This document shows, in pieces, positions 1 to 8,225 of a stretch of 64,000 nt of DNA. The stretch's first letter is position 1; the number at the start of each line of letters is the position of its first letter. This stretch comes from Verrucomicrobiota bacterium (GTDB taxonomy: Bacteria; Verrucomicrobiota; Verrucomicrobiia; Limisphaerales; UBA11358): positions 1,757-65,756 of the forward strand of contig JBEKKN010000008.1 of the NCBI GenBank assembly GCA_050010675.1. Reading direction: 5' to 3'. The position numbers and the translations under genes were made by a program. Under the pieces are notes generated by a model. The model saw only the letters and a list, made by a program, of their open reading frames with translations, did no database searches and was not told the DNA's origin.

Positions 1-1107
1 CCCGGCCGGCCACCAGCTTGGACGGTTCGGGCCGTGCTTCGACCGGAAAGCCTGCCAACCATGATGAATCGCGAGGCCGGCGCCGTGGAACAATCCCCAG
101 AGGACAAAGGTCCACGCTGCCCCGTGCCACAAACCACCGAGGGCCATCGTCACCATCAGGTTCACATAACGCCGAAATTGACCATGCCGGTTTCCACCCA
201 GCGGGATGTAGAGATAATCCCGCAGGAACCGGGAAAGCGTCATGTGCCACCGCCGCCAGAAATCGCTGATATTGAGAGATTTGTAAGGTGAATTAAAATT
301 CTGTGGCAGGACAATGCCGAACATCCTGGCCAGGGCAATGGCCATGTCTGAGTAACCTGAGAAATCGAAGTAGATCTGGAATGTGTAGGCAAACACTCCC
401 GCCCACGCGTCCTGCGGATGGAGCCCGCCGCCTGAAGCCGCGGCGCCAAACACCTTTCCGACATACCCGCTCATCCCGTCCGCGATGACGACCTTCTTGA
501 AAAGACCCAGGGAGAAGAGACCCAGGCCGACGGCCAGATTGCTCCATTGAAAATGATAGGTCCGCGGTTCGGCAAACTGCGGCATCATTTCCGAATGATG
601 GATGATCGGGCCGGCAATCAGGTGCGGAAAGAAGGTGACGAACAACAGGAAATCGCCCAGGTCATACTCGCAAACGACGCCCCGGCGGACGTCCACGAGA
701 TAAGCGATCTGCGTGAAGGTAAAAAAGGATATGCCCAAAGGAAGCATGACCTTGCCCAGGACCCAGTGGGCGCCGAACACCCCGTTGACATTGTGGATGA
801 AGAAATTGGCGTACTTGAAATAGCCCAGCAGCAGCAGATTCACCGCGACGCCCCAAAACAGCGCGCCTCCCGCCCGCTCACCCAACCGCACGCGCCGGCC
901 GATGTGGCGTCCCACCCAGTAATTGAACATCATGGATGCCAGGATCAGGCCCACATAGAAGGGGTTCCACCAGCCATAGAAGAAGAGCGAAGCCAGAACC
1001 AGCCAGAGCTTGGCCGCTTTCGGACCCTGATACCGCGACAGAAGACCGAATCCGACCAGGGTTATCGGCAGGAAGAAAAAGAGGAAGATATACGAACTGA
1101 ATAGCAT
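1..1107 (-). CDS. MBOAT-family membrane O-acyltransferase (AlgI/DltB-like); C-terminus lies beyond the left window edge
   Basis: Not in the ORF track because there is no stop in the window. Manual minus-strand translation from the ATG at 1107-1105 gives MLFSSYIFLFFFLPITLVGFGLL...GISFFTFTQIAYLVD...NISDFWRRWHMTLSRFLRDYLYIPLGGNR, which carries MBOAT hallmarks including the conserved His. The listed + ORF 547..1104 is its antisense shadow. Confidence 0.85.
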   Translation of the reverse strand, partial: MLFSSYIFLFFFLPITLVGFGLLSRYQGPKAAKLWLVLASLFFYGWWNPFYVGLILASMMFNYWVGRHIGRRVRLGERAGGALFWGVAVNLLLLGYFKYANFFIHNVNGVFGAHWVLGKVMLPLGISFFTFTQIAYLVDVRRGVVCEYDLGDFLLFVTFFPHLIAGPIIHHSEMMPQFAEPRTYHFQWSNLAVGLGLFSLGLFKKVVIADGMSGYVGKVFGAAASGGGLHPQDAWAGVFAYTFQIYFDFSGYSDMAIALARMFGIVLPQNFNSPYKSLNISDFWRRWHMTLSRFLRDYLYIPLGGNRHGQFRRYVNLMVTMALGGLWHGAAWTFVLWGLFHGAGLAIHHGWQAFRSKHGPNRPSWWPAG

Positions 1108-1303
1108 TAAATTGGAGGAGTTCGCATTGGGACTCTTCGCCCTTCACCTGCATCCATACTGCGCGGGAACCGGCAACTCGTCAAAACGGATTTTCAACAG
1201 GATGACAGAATTTGGAGGATCATCTTTGAATCCTATCCATCTTGTAAATCCTGTCGCAACCTTCGTTCGTGGCTGACGACTCTGTGAGCCGTCGCACGCA
1301 AAG

Positions 1304-1332
1304 TTGACAGGATTGGCCTGGCTGACCATGCT
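1304..1332 (+). promoter_or_regulatory. candidate sigma70-type promoter TTGACA-N17-CATGCT, 11 nt upstream of ATG 1344
   Basis: Hexamers and spacing read directly. The same extended module (caaagTTGACAgg..gacCATGCTg..ATGCTTGAGC) recurs at 2593-2646. Confidence 0.4.
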
Positions 1333-1343
1333 GGTCTTCGGCC

Positions 1344-2516
1344 ATGCTTGAGCTAAACCCGAAGCGTTCAGTGAAAATTTCCAATGATCAATGGTTCGGC
1401 CGGCTCAGTCTGGCAATTGTGGCGGGTTACTTCGTAGTGGGCCTGTGGCCGTTCGACTTCCGACCGCACAACCGGGTTGACTGGTCAGGGAACAGCGTCG
1501 GCCTGCATTTTCAACCTTACAGCATCGCCTACGATCCCGCGCCGCTGCCGGCACTCCCGGAATCGGGCGTCGCTCCCGGAATGCCCGCCCATTTTACCGC
1601 GGAATTGTGGGTGGCCACCCGCCGCGAACCCGCCAACAACGTTTTTAACATCGTGACCATCCACAACCCCCGGTTGCCGCTCGATTTTGTCCTGGGCCAA
1701 TGGAAACAGGATTTTCTGTTGCGAGGGACCACCTGGCAACCGCAACCGGGAGATGCCATCCGCGAAGTGGGCGTGTACCATGCGCTGCCGAACCAGTCGG
1801 CGCGATTCATCACCATCCGAAGCGATGGGGCCGGAACTGATTTTTATATGGATGGCGCGGTGACCGGGCACTTTCCCCAATTCGTCTTGAATGCGCGGGC
1901 ATTGGACGGACAGCTCATTTTAGGCAACAACGCGTCGGGAAAAACCCCATGGACCGGCTGGCTGTTTGGATTGGCCCTGTACAATCGGGCTCTCAGTCCG
2001 GCGGAAATCGGCTGGCACCGCGCGCTGTGGACGCAGGGCCGCGCCCGGCAACTCACGAGGGCACCCGGCCTGACGGCGCTCTACCTCTTCGACGAGGGCC
2101 GCGGGCAGCAGGTGAAAGACTACTCCGGCAACGGCCACCGCGTGATCATTCCGTCCAGCTTTCAGCCGATCCACCGGGACCTGTTGCTCGCACCCTGGAA
2201 GGACGTGTCTTACAACCGGCCGGATTATTCGGACATTGCCATCAACGTTCTGGGTTTCCTGCCGTTTGGATTCTGTTTTTTCCTTTATCGCCACGCGCGC
2301 CGGCCGCAGCGACTGGTCACCAACGCCTTGCTGGTGGTGCTTGCCGGGGTCGCGGTCAGCCTGACGATTGAAGTCATGCAGGCCTGGCTGCCCAACCGGA
2401 CATCTTCCCTGAATGACTTTATAACTGACACGGCCGGCACCCTGCTCGGCGTGGCCCTGGCGCTGGCCGTCCGGCACAAGTTTGTGGGAACCGAATCCGT
2501 TTCCAAGACCAGTTGA
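1344..2516 (+). CDS. membrane protein with LamG/concanavalin-A-like domain fused to a C-terminal VanZ-like domain
   Basis: 390-aa ORF with an N-terminal TM segment (LSLAIVAGYFVVGLWPF). LamG-like block: FTAELWV...LILGNNASGKTPWTGWLFGLALYNRALSPAEI. VanZ-like tail: NVLGFLPFGFCFFLY...SLNDFITDTAGTLLGVALA. Confidence 0.6.
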   Translation: MLELNPKRSVKISNDQWFGRLSLAIVAGYFVVGLWPFDFRPHNRVDWSGNSVGLHFQPYSIAYDPAPLPALPESGVAPGMPAHFTAELWVATRREPANNVFNIVTIHNPRLPLDFVLGQWKQDFLLRGTTWQPQPGDAIREVGVYHALPNQSARFITIRSDGAGTDFYMDGAVTGHFPQFVLNARALDGQLILGNNASGKTPWTGWLFGLALYNRALSPAEIGWHRALWTQGRARQLTRAPGLTALYLFDEGRGQQVKDYSGNGHRVIIPSSFQPIHRDLLLAPWKDVSYNRPDYSDIAINVLGFLPFGFCFFLYRHARRPQRLVTNALLVVLAGVAVSLTIEVMQAWLPNRTSSLNDFITDTAGTLLGVALALAVRHKFVGTESVSKTS

Positions 2517-2597
2517 CACAAGGGGGTGGATTTTTTGGGTGGGGCGAGGAGGTTTGTCCCACCGAAAGTTCAAAGCGTGCCACCCGCACACCCAAAG

Positions 2598-2626
2598 TTG
2601 ACAGGTTCGCCCTTGGCGACCATGCT
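2598..2626 (+). promoter_or_regulatory. candidate promoter TTGACA-N17-CATGCT, 10 nt upstream of ATG 2637
   Basis: Read directly. It is near-identical to the module at 1304-1332 and supports ATG 2637 as the pyrK start. Confidence 0.4.
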
Positions 2627-2636
2627 GACGGCGCCG

Positions 2637-3422
2637 ATGCTTGAGCAAACCGTCCAGATTGTTTCCAACGAGCGCGACACCGATTCTTATTTCCGCCTGG
2701 TCCTGCGCGCGCCGCAAATCGCGCCGCTGGTCCAACCCGGCCAGTTTGCCCACGTCCGCGTGTTGCCCCTGAAGGACGCACTGCTGCGGCGGCCATTCAG
2801 CATCTTCCAGGTCGGCCGTGACACGTTTTCCATCCTCTACAAAACCATCGGCAAGGGTACCGACGCCCTTGCCCGGATGGGCCAGGGCGAGGAACTCAGC
2901 GTCATCGCGCCGCTCGGCCATGGTTTTACCGTGCCCAAACGCGGCGGCGACACTCCCCTGCTCGTCGCGGGTGGTTACGGCATGGCGGCCATGTACCTGC
3001 TGGCGCAACGTTCGCCGCAAAAAGGCATCGTCTTCGTCGGCGGACGCAAACGGATTGACATTCTGTGTGAGCAGGAGTTTCAGGCGCTCGGTTGGGACGT
3101 GCGCGTGACCACCGAAGACGGCAGCCACGGCGAAAAGGGCCTGGTGACCAAACCCTTGCTGGCCGAACTGAAACGCCGCACGAAAGGCCGGAAGCTGTTT
3201 GCCTGCGGTCCAACCGGAATGTTGAAGGCGGTCGGCAAAATCGCCGGGGACGTTGACGTGCCGGCGGAACTTTCGATGGATGAACACATGTGTTGCGGCG
3301 CGGGTGTCTGCCTGACGTGCGTGATTCCGGTCAAGATCGGCGGCGGCTGGGAATATCAGCGCACCTGTACCGAGGGCCCGGTGTTTGATTCACGCCAGGT
3401 CGAGTGGGAGGAGGCCAAATGA
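2637..3422 (+). CDS. pyrK: dihydroorotate dehydrogenase (class 1B) electron-transfer subunit
   Basis: FAD/NAD-binding fold and a C-terminal 2Fe-2S Cys cluster (MCCGAGVCLTCV). Track ORF is 2526..3422; I chose ATG 2637 (MLEQTVQIVSNE) because of the upstream promoter-like module. Its stop overlaps the pyrD ATG (ATGA). Confidence 0.85.
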   Translation: MLEQTVQIVSNERDTDSYFRLVLRAPQIAPLVQPGQFAHVRVLPLKDALLRRPFSIFQVGRDTFSILYKTIGKGTDALARMGQGEELSVIAPLGHGFTVPKRGGDTPLLVAGGYGMAAMYLLAQRSPQKGIVFVGGRKRIDILCEQEFQALGWDVRVTTEDGSHGEKGLVTKPLLAELKRRTKGRKLFACGPTGMLKAVGKIAGDVDVPAELSMDEHMCCGAGVCLTCVIPVKIGGGWEYQRTCTEGPVFDSRQVEWEEAK

Positions 3423-4387
3423 AGTCCAGAGTCCAGAGTCCAAAGTCCAAAGCCCCAAAGGCTGAAGACGGCGTGAATTTGTCCGTCCGGATCGGCGGCC
3501 TGACCCTGCAAAACCCGGTGATGGTCGCGTCGGGCACCTTCGGTTACGGCGTCGAATACGCGCAACTCCTGGACTTGAACCAGCTGGGCGCGGTGGTCGT
3601 GAAAGGTATCCGGCTGCATCCGGTTCGGGGCAATCGCACGCCGCGCACGGTCGAGGTCGCCAGCGGACTCATCAACGCCATCGGCCTGCAAGGACCCGGC
3701 GTGGACGGGTTCATCAAGAAATACTGGCCGTTCCTGAAGACTTTGAAGGTGCCGACCATCATCAACATCTGGGGCACCACCGTCGAAGAATACGCCGACG
3801 TGGCGCGGCGCTTCGACGCGCTGGGCGGCGTGGGCGCGCTGGAACTCAACGTCTCCTGCCCGAACATCAAGGCCGGCGGCGCGCAATTCGGCACGGACTT
3901 GAGATTGATTGCCCAGGTCGTGGCGGCGTGCCGCAAAGTGACGAAGCTGCCGCTCATCACCAAGATGAGTCCGAACGTGGTGAGCATTGCGCCGTTCGCC
4001 CGGGCGGCGGCGGATGCGGGCAGCGACGCGTTGTCCATCATGAACAGCTATCCGGCCATGGCGATTGACATCGCGACGCGCCAGCCGAAGCTGGCCAACG
4101 TCACTGGCGGCCTGACCGGGCCCTGCATCAAGCCGATTGCCATCAAACTGGTCTGGGAAGCGGCGTCGGCCGTGAAAATCCCCGTCATCGGCATGGGCGG
4201 CATTCAGGACGCTGCGGATGCGATTGAATTCATGGTGGCCGGCGCGGCGGCGGTCGCGGTGGGCACGGCCAATTTCTACGAGCCACAGACACCGTTGCAG
4301 GTGATTGCGGGTCTGCGCGAATTTTTGAAGCAGCACGGCCTCAAGGACGTGCGGGAGATTGTTGGCACCGTGCAAACCGGCAAGTGA
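3419..4387 (+). CDS. pyrD: dihydroorotate dehydrogenase catalytic subunit (class 1B)
   Basis: LSVRIGGLTLQNPVMVASGTFGYG...LELNVSCPN...GMGGI, a typical PyrD 1B sequence. ATG 3419 lies in an ATGA overlap with pyrK. An alternative in-frame GTG at 3473 would place the heptamer array in the intergenic spacer. Confidence 0.9.
   Translation: MKSRVQSPKSKAPKAEDGVNLSVRIGGLTLQNPVMVASGTFGYGVEYAQLLDLNQLGAVVVKGIRLHPVRGNRTPRTVEVASGLINAIGLQGPGVDGFIKKYWPFLKTLKVPTIINIWGTTVEEYADVARRFDALGGVGALELNVSCPNIKAGGAQFGTDLRLIAQVVAACRKVTKLPLITKMSPNVVSIAPFARAAADAGSDALSIMNSYPAMAIDIATRQPKLANVTGGLTGPCIKPIAIKLVWEAASAVKIPVIGMGGIQDAADAIEFMVAGAAAVAVGTANFYEPQTPLQVIAGLREFLKQHGLKDVREIVGTVQTGK
3423..3457. repeat. tandem heptanucleotide array, 5 units (AGTCCAG AGTCCAG AGTCCAA AGTCCAA AGCCCCA)
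   Basis: Read directly, immediately after the pyrK stop / pyrD ATG. It encodes KSRVQSPKSKAP if pyrD starts at 3419. Confidence 0.85.
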
Positions 4388-4395
4388 CAGCTGTA

Positions 4396-4450
4396 GCGGC
4401 GGTCTGTGACCGCCGCATTTCGTCGATTTGCGGCGCTCACCGAGCACCGC
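4396..4450. repeat. REP/BIME-like pair of GC-rich palindromes
   Basis: GCGGCGGTC-tgt-GACCGCCGC (4396-4416; 9-bp perfect stem) and GCGGCGCTC-acc-GAGCACCGC (4430-4450; 8/9) lie between the pyrD stop and ATG 4462. Confidence 0.7.
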
Positions 4451-4461
4451 TACAAGAAGTT

Positions 4462-4833
4462 ATGTTCGAGCATCGCTCAAAACCGTTGTTGCCGCGCCGG
4501 CAGTATTACGTGCGCCTGGCCCGAGGCGTGGGGATTGGCCTGATCGTCATCGCGTGCGCGCTCGGCATCGGAATGGTGGGTTACCGGACCTTCGAAGGCA
4601 TGTCCTGGGTGGACGCCTTCGTGAATGCGGCGATGATTTTGTCCGGCATGGGCCCGGTGTCATCACTGCAAACCAACGGCGGGAAAATTTTTGCCGGGTT
4701 CTACGCGCTGTTCAGCGGGTTGGCCTTCATCGCCATCCTCGGTATCATTTTTGCCCCGGTGTTCCACCGGTTCCTGCACCGGTTTCATGAGGACGAAGCG
4801 AAGCGCGCCGCCAAACCTCCGGACCAGCCCTGA
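4462..4833 (+). CDS. small integral membrane protein; layout loosely resembles a 2-TM pore; function unknown
   Basis: Starts MFEHRSKPLLPRRQYY. TM1 is GIGLIVIACALGIGMVGY, followed by a short re-entrant-like segment AAMILSGMGPV and TM2 FAGFYALFSGLAFIAILGIIFAPVF. The GTG 4384 extension in the track is encoded by the palindromic repeat, so I rejected it. Confidence 0.5.
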   Translation: MFEHRSKPLLPRRQYYVRLARGVGIGLIVIACALGIGMVGYRTFEGMSWVDAFVNAAMILSGMGPVSSLQTNGGKIFAGFYALFSGLAFIAILGIIFAPVFHRFLHRFHEDEAKRAAKPPDQP

Positions 4834-4839
4834 TTCTGT

Positions 4840-4868
4840 TTTGCGCTTCGCGGGCGGCGGGGTATGCT
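4840..4868 (+). promoter_or_regulatory. candidate promoter TTTGCG-N17-TATGCT, 6 nt upstream of ATG 4875
   Basis: Read directly. There is no Shine-Dalgarno sequence in the 6-nt gap. Confidence 0.35.
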
Positions 4869-4874
4869 GGATTC

Positions 4875-5732
4875 ATGTTGTGGGCATTCACCAAGTATCA
4901 CGGACTGGGCAACGACTACCTCGTCATTGACCCGAAGAACCTGCCGGCGCCGCTGACCGCCGCGCAGATCAAGACGATCTGCCATCGCAATTACGGCATC
5001 GGTTCGGACGGCATCCTGCTGGGACCGTTACCTTCCAAAAAAGCGAAGTTCGCGGTGCGCATTTTCAATCCCGACGGCAGCGAGGCGGAAAAAAGCGGCA
5101 ACGGCCTGCGGATTTTTTCGCGTTACCTGTGGGACAAAAAGCTGGTGGACAAGGACGAGTTTGCCGTCGAAACCGCCAGCGGCCTGGTGAAGGCCACGGT
5201 GACGGAGCGCGGCAAAATTGTCCGCGTCGAAATGGGCCGGGTCAGCTTCTGGAGCGATGAAATCCCCGTGGCGGGCCCGCGCCGGGAGGTCATCAACGAA
5301 CCCATCCACCTGCGCGGGGAACGATTCAACTTTTGCGCGGCGACGGTGGGCAATCCGCATTGCGTGCTGCCCATGGCCAAAATCAGCGCGGAACTGGCGA
5401 AACAAATCGGCCCGCTGTTGGAGACGCACCTGCGTTTTCCCAAGCGCACCAATGTGCAATTCATGAAGGTGATCGACCGTAACAACATCCAGATTGAAAT
5501 CTGGGAACGCGGCGCGGGTTACACGCTGGCCAGCGGCAGCAGCAGCAGCGCGGCGGCGGCGGTGGCCCACAAACTCGGCCTGTGCGATCGCGCCATCTCC
5601 GTGCACATGCCCGGCGGCATCATTGAAATCGAGATTGGCGACGATTATGCGATTCGCATGACCGGAGCGGTGACCAAGGTGGCCGATGGCGTGATCGCGA
5701 AGGAAATGTTCACCGCGCCCATCGCGGCCTGA
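4875..5732 (+). CDS. dapF: diaminopimelate epimerase
   Basis: FTKYHGLGNDYLVID...SGNGLRIF...GNPHCV...ERGAGYTLASGSS, covering the two catalytic Cys/Ser regions typical of DapF. Confidence 0.9.
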   Translation: MLWAFTKYHGLGNDYLVIDPKNLPAPLTAAQIKTICHRNYGIGSDGILLGPLPSKKAKFAVRIFNPDGSEAEKSGNGLRIFSRYLWDKKLVDKDEFAVETASGLVKATVTERGKIVRVEMGRVSFWSDEIPVAGPRREVINEPIHLRGERFNFCAATVGNPHCVLPMAKISAELAKQIGPLLETHLRFPKRTNVQFMKVIDRNNIQIEIWERGAGYTLASGSSSSAAAAVAHKLGLCDRAISVHMPGGIIEIEIGDDYAIRMTGAVTKVADGVIAKEMFTAPIAA

Positions 5733-5797
5733 CGGTTGCCAATGCCCGGGGCGGTTGGAGGCACGCACCTTTCCCTGCCGGTCCAGCAAGCTGGCGC

Positions 5798-5826
5798 TTG
5801 ACTTTGGCGCTTATTTGGGAGATTAT
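5798..5826 (+). promoter_or_regulatory. candidate promoter TTGACT-N17-GATTAT, 11 nt upstream of ATG 5838
   Basis: Read directly. Confidence 0.4.
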
Positions 5827-5837
5827 ACACCCTTACC

Positions 5838-7967
5838 ATGAAGCAAAAACTGCTGTTTACGGTTCTTGGGATTCAGTGGCTCTTTTCCGTTACGTTCGCG
5901 ATGGCACAGGTCAATATATTGACCTACCACACCGATAACAACCGCGACGGACAAAACACGAACGAGATCATTTTGAGTCCGGCCAACGTCAACGCCAGCA
6001 CGTTCGGCAAACTGTTTTCCCATGCAGTGGACGGGTATGTCTATGCCCAGCCCCTCTATGTGTCCGGCGTGAACATCCCCGGCCAGGGCCAGCACAACGT
6101 CTTTTACGTCGCCACGGAACATGACACGATTTATGCCTTCGACGCCGACAACACCAACGGGCCGTCCGGCGGCGTGCTGTGGCAAACGAACCTGGGGCCG
6201 TACGCGGTGACCACCATTGCCGGCGTTTATACGAACAAAAACTTTGGCTGCCGCTATAACAACGGTGTGTCCACGCCCGACAACAGCGGCCAATACACCG
6301 ACATCGTTCCGTCGGTGGGCGTCACCGGCACCCCGGTCATCGACCTCGCCTCCGGGACGCTGTATGTGGATGCCTTTACGGGTGAAATCTCCGGCGGGGT
6401 CACCAATTATTATCATCGGATTCATGCTTTGAACCTCGCCACCGGCGCCGAACAGCCCAACAGCCCGGTGGTGGTGACCGCTTCGGTCCCGGGCACGGGG
6501 GTGGACAGTGTTGGCGGGGTGGTGACGTTCAATGCCACGCAAAGTTTGCAACGCGGCGCGCTGACGCTGGCGGGCGGAAAACTGTTCGTGCCTTACACCG
6601 GCTACGCGGATACCGATCCCTACCACGGCTGGGTCATCGGTTTTGACCAGGTGACACTCCAGCAACTGACCAATTACGTTTTTAACACCACGCCCAACGC
6701 CACGGTCGGCACTTTCGGGGCGCATGCGGCCGAGGGCGGAATCTGGGGCGGCGGCGGCGGGATCGCCGTGGACGCGAACACCAACCTGTATTTTGAAGTC
6801 GCCAACGGCAGCTTCTCGGCCACGAACGGCTCCGGAGGAATTGATTTCGGCGATTCGTTCATGAAACTTTCCACGACGAATGGGCTGGCGGTCGTCGACT
6901 ACTTCACAGTGTACAATCAGGCATCCCTGCAGAGCGGCGACCTGGATCTCGGCTCCGGCGGATTGATACTGCTTCCGGATCAAACGGGGCCCTACACGAA
7001 TCTGCTGCTCGGCGCCGGCAAGCAGGGTAAAATTTATGTGGTTGACCGCGACCAGTTCACCTCGGACACCCATCACTTCGATTACGCCTTTGATTCCGTG
7101 GTGCAAACCACCGCGGCCAGCGTGATCGGCGGTTCCTTCGGCACACCGGCCTATTTCAACGGGGAAATCTACTACGGCGGCACCAGTGACAAATTGAAGG
7201 CCTTTTCGCTCACCGCCGGCGTATTGTCGGGCAGCCCCGTGTCCACCGCCTCGCGCTCCTATGGTTTTCCCGGAGCAACTCCCAGTGTGTCCGCCAACGG
7301 AACCAACAACGGCATTGTCTGGGCGTTGCAGAATGCAAGCCCGGCCGTGTTGGTGGCCTATGCCGCCGGCAATCTGACGTCGGAAATCTACAACAGCAGC
7401 CAGGCGGCGGGAAACCGGGATCAACTGGCCAGCGGCGTCAAATTCGCCGTGCCCATGGTTGCGAACGGGAAGGTTTACTTGGGCAACCAGCTGTCGGTTT
7501 CGGTGTTCGGGCTGTTGGATCCGTATCTGAATTGGAAGTACTTTTATTTTGGCAACAACGCCACCAATCCGTCCGTCGCCGGCGATCTCGCCGACCCGGA
7601 CGGCGATGGAGTCGTCAACCTGATGGAATACGCCCTGGCGACCAACCCGACCGTACCCAACGCCACCCCATCGGTAACGGGCCTCGTGGCGGGAAACCAA
7701 TTCCAGTTTAATTTCCATCGAAACACCAGTGCCACCAACCTGACCTATGTGGTGCAAACCACGAGTGCACTGGGTGGAACCTGGACAAACCTGATGACTT
7801 ATACCAGTGCTTCGGGATGGGTTGCAAATGTGGCCGGAGCCACCGCCTCGGAATCCACCCCCCAGAGTGTTCCGCCCAATCAATATGTGGCGGCCACCAT
7901 CACCGACCCGGCCGATCTGACCACCTCGGGCGCGGGCAGCCGCTTTTACCGACTGGCCGTGCATTAG
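5838..7967 (+). CDS. secreted beta-propeller (PQQ-repeat-like) protein with a C-terminal DPDGDG/LMEYALATNP motif region
   Basis: Signal peptide MKQKLLFTVLGIQWLFSVTFAMAQ. Repeated YAFDA/GKIYVVD-type blades, then DLADPDGDGVVNLMEYALATNP. The long minus-strand ORF 5823..7964 is an antisense shadow. Confidence 0.6.
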   Translation: MKQKLLFTVLGIQWLFSVTFAMAQVNILTYHTDNNRDGQNTNEIILSPANVNASTFGKLFSHAVDGYVYAQPLYVSGVNIPGQGQHNVFYVATEHDTIYAFDADNTNGPSGGVLWQTNLGPYAVTTIAGVYTNKNFGCRYNNGVSTPDNSGQYTDIVPSVGVTGTPVIDLASGTLYVDAFTGEISGGVTNYYHRIHALNLATGAEQPNSPVVVTASVPGTGVDSVGGVVTFNATQSLQRGALTLAGGKLFVPYTGYADTDPYHGWVIGFDQVTLQQLTNYVFNTTPNATVGTFGAHAAEGGIWGGGGGIAVDANTNLYFEVANGSFSATNGSGGIDFGDSFMKLSTTNGLAVVDYFTVYNQASLQSGDLDLGSGGLILLPDQTGPYTNLLLGAGKQGKIYVVDRDQFTSDTHHFDYAFDSVVQTTAASVIGGSFGTPAYFNGEIYYGGTSDKLKAFSLTAGVLSGSPVSTASRSYGFPGATPSVSANGTNNGIVWALQNASPAVLVAYAAGNLTSEIYNSSQAAGNRDQLASGVKFAVPMVANGKVYLGNQLSVSVFGLLDPYLNWKYFYFGNNATNPSVAGDLADPDGDGVVNLMEYALATNPTVPNATPSVTGLVAGNQFQFNFHRNTSATNLTYVVQTTSALGGTWTNLMTYTSASGWVANVAGATASESTPQSVPPNQYVAATITDPADLTTSGAGSRFYRLAVH

Positions 7968-8175
7968 AGCGTTTTAAATAAAGCGGTGGCCTGACTCGGA
8001 AACCCGATCGGAAAATTCCGCGAGGTTTTGGACTGCGGCAGTCCTCTGCCGCTTTGCGTTCGCCGGCCTTGCGGGAGAAATAGCGGCGGAGGGCTGCCGC
8101 AGTCCAAGACGCTGACGCGCCATCCGCTTAACTCAAGCCAGCTTGCCGGCTACAGTATTTTTGAAACTGCCGTGG
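7967..8175. mobile_element. MITE-like element, copy 1 (about 209 bp), imperfect terminal inverted repeats, flanked by TA
   Basis: About 90% (left 80 nt) and about 80% (right 66 nt) identical by hand to 28418-28562. Left end is GAGCGTTTTAAATA; the right end is degenerate. It has an internal 24-bp hairpin (8030-8053 with 8082-8105, 2 G-T pairs). TA occurs at 7965-66 and 8176-77. Confidence 0.65.
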
Positions 8176-8225
8176 TAGATTTCTGATCCACACGCGGCGA
8201 AATCGCGCCAAGGGCCTTCAGTCCG

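Noticed and set aside
4384-4461. GTG 4384 start giving a 149-aa version of the small membrane protein.
   Set aside because: The extra 26 codons are encoded by the two REP-like palindromes, and the start would overlap the pyrD stop. ATG 4462 is more plausible.
5823-7964. Very long minus-strand ORF (713 aa). Similar long antisense ORFs are at 1920..3287, 3356..4447, 20639..22660, 29092..30264, 43418..44563, 52806..54302, 57387..58451 and elsewhere.
   Set aside because: They overlap convincingly identified genes on the opposite strand. Their translations are Arg/Gly/Ala/His-rich with no recognisable motifs. These are the typical stop-poor antisense frames of high-GC DNA.
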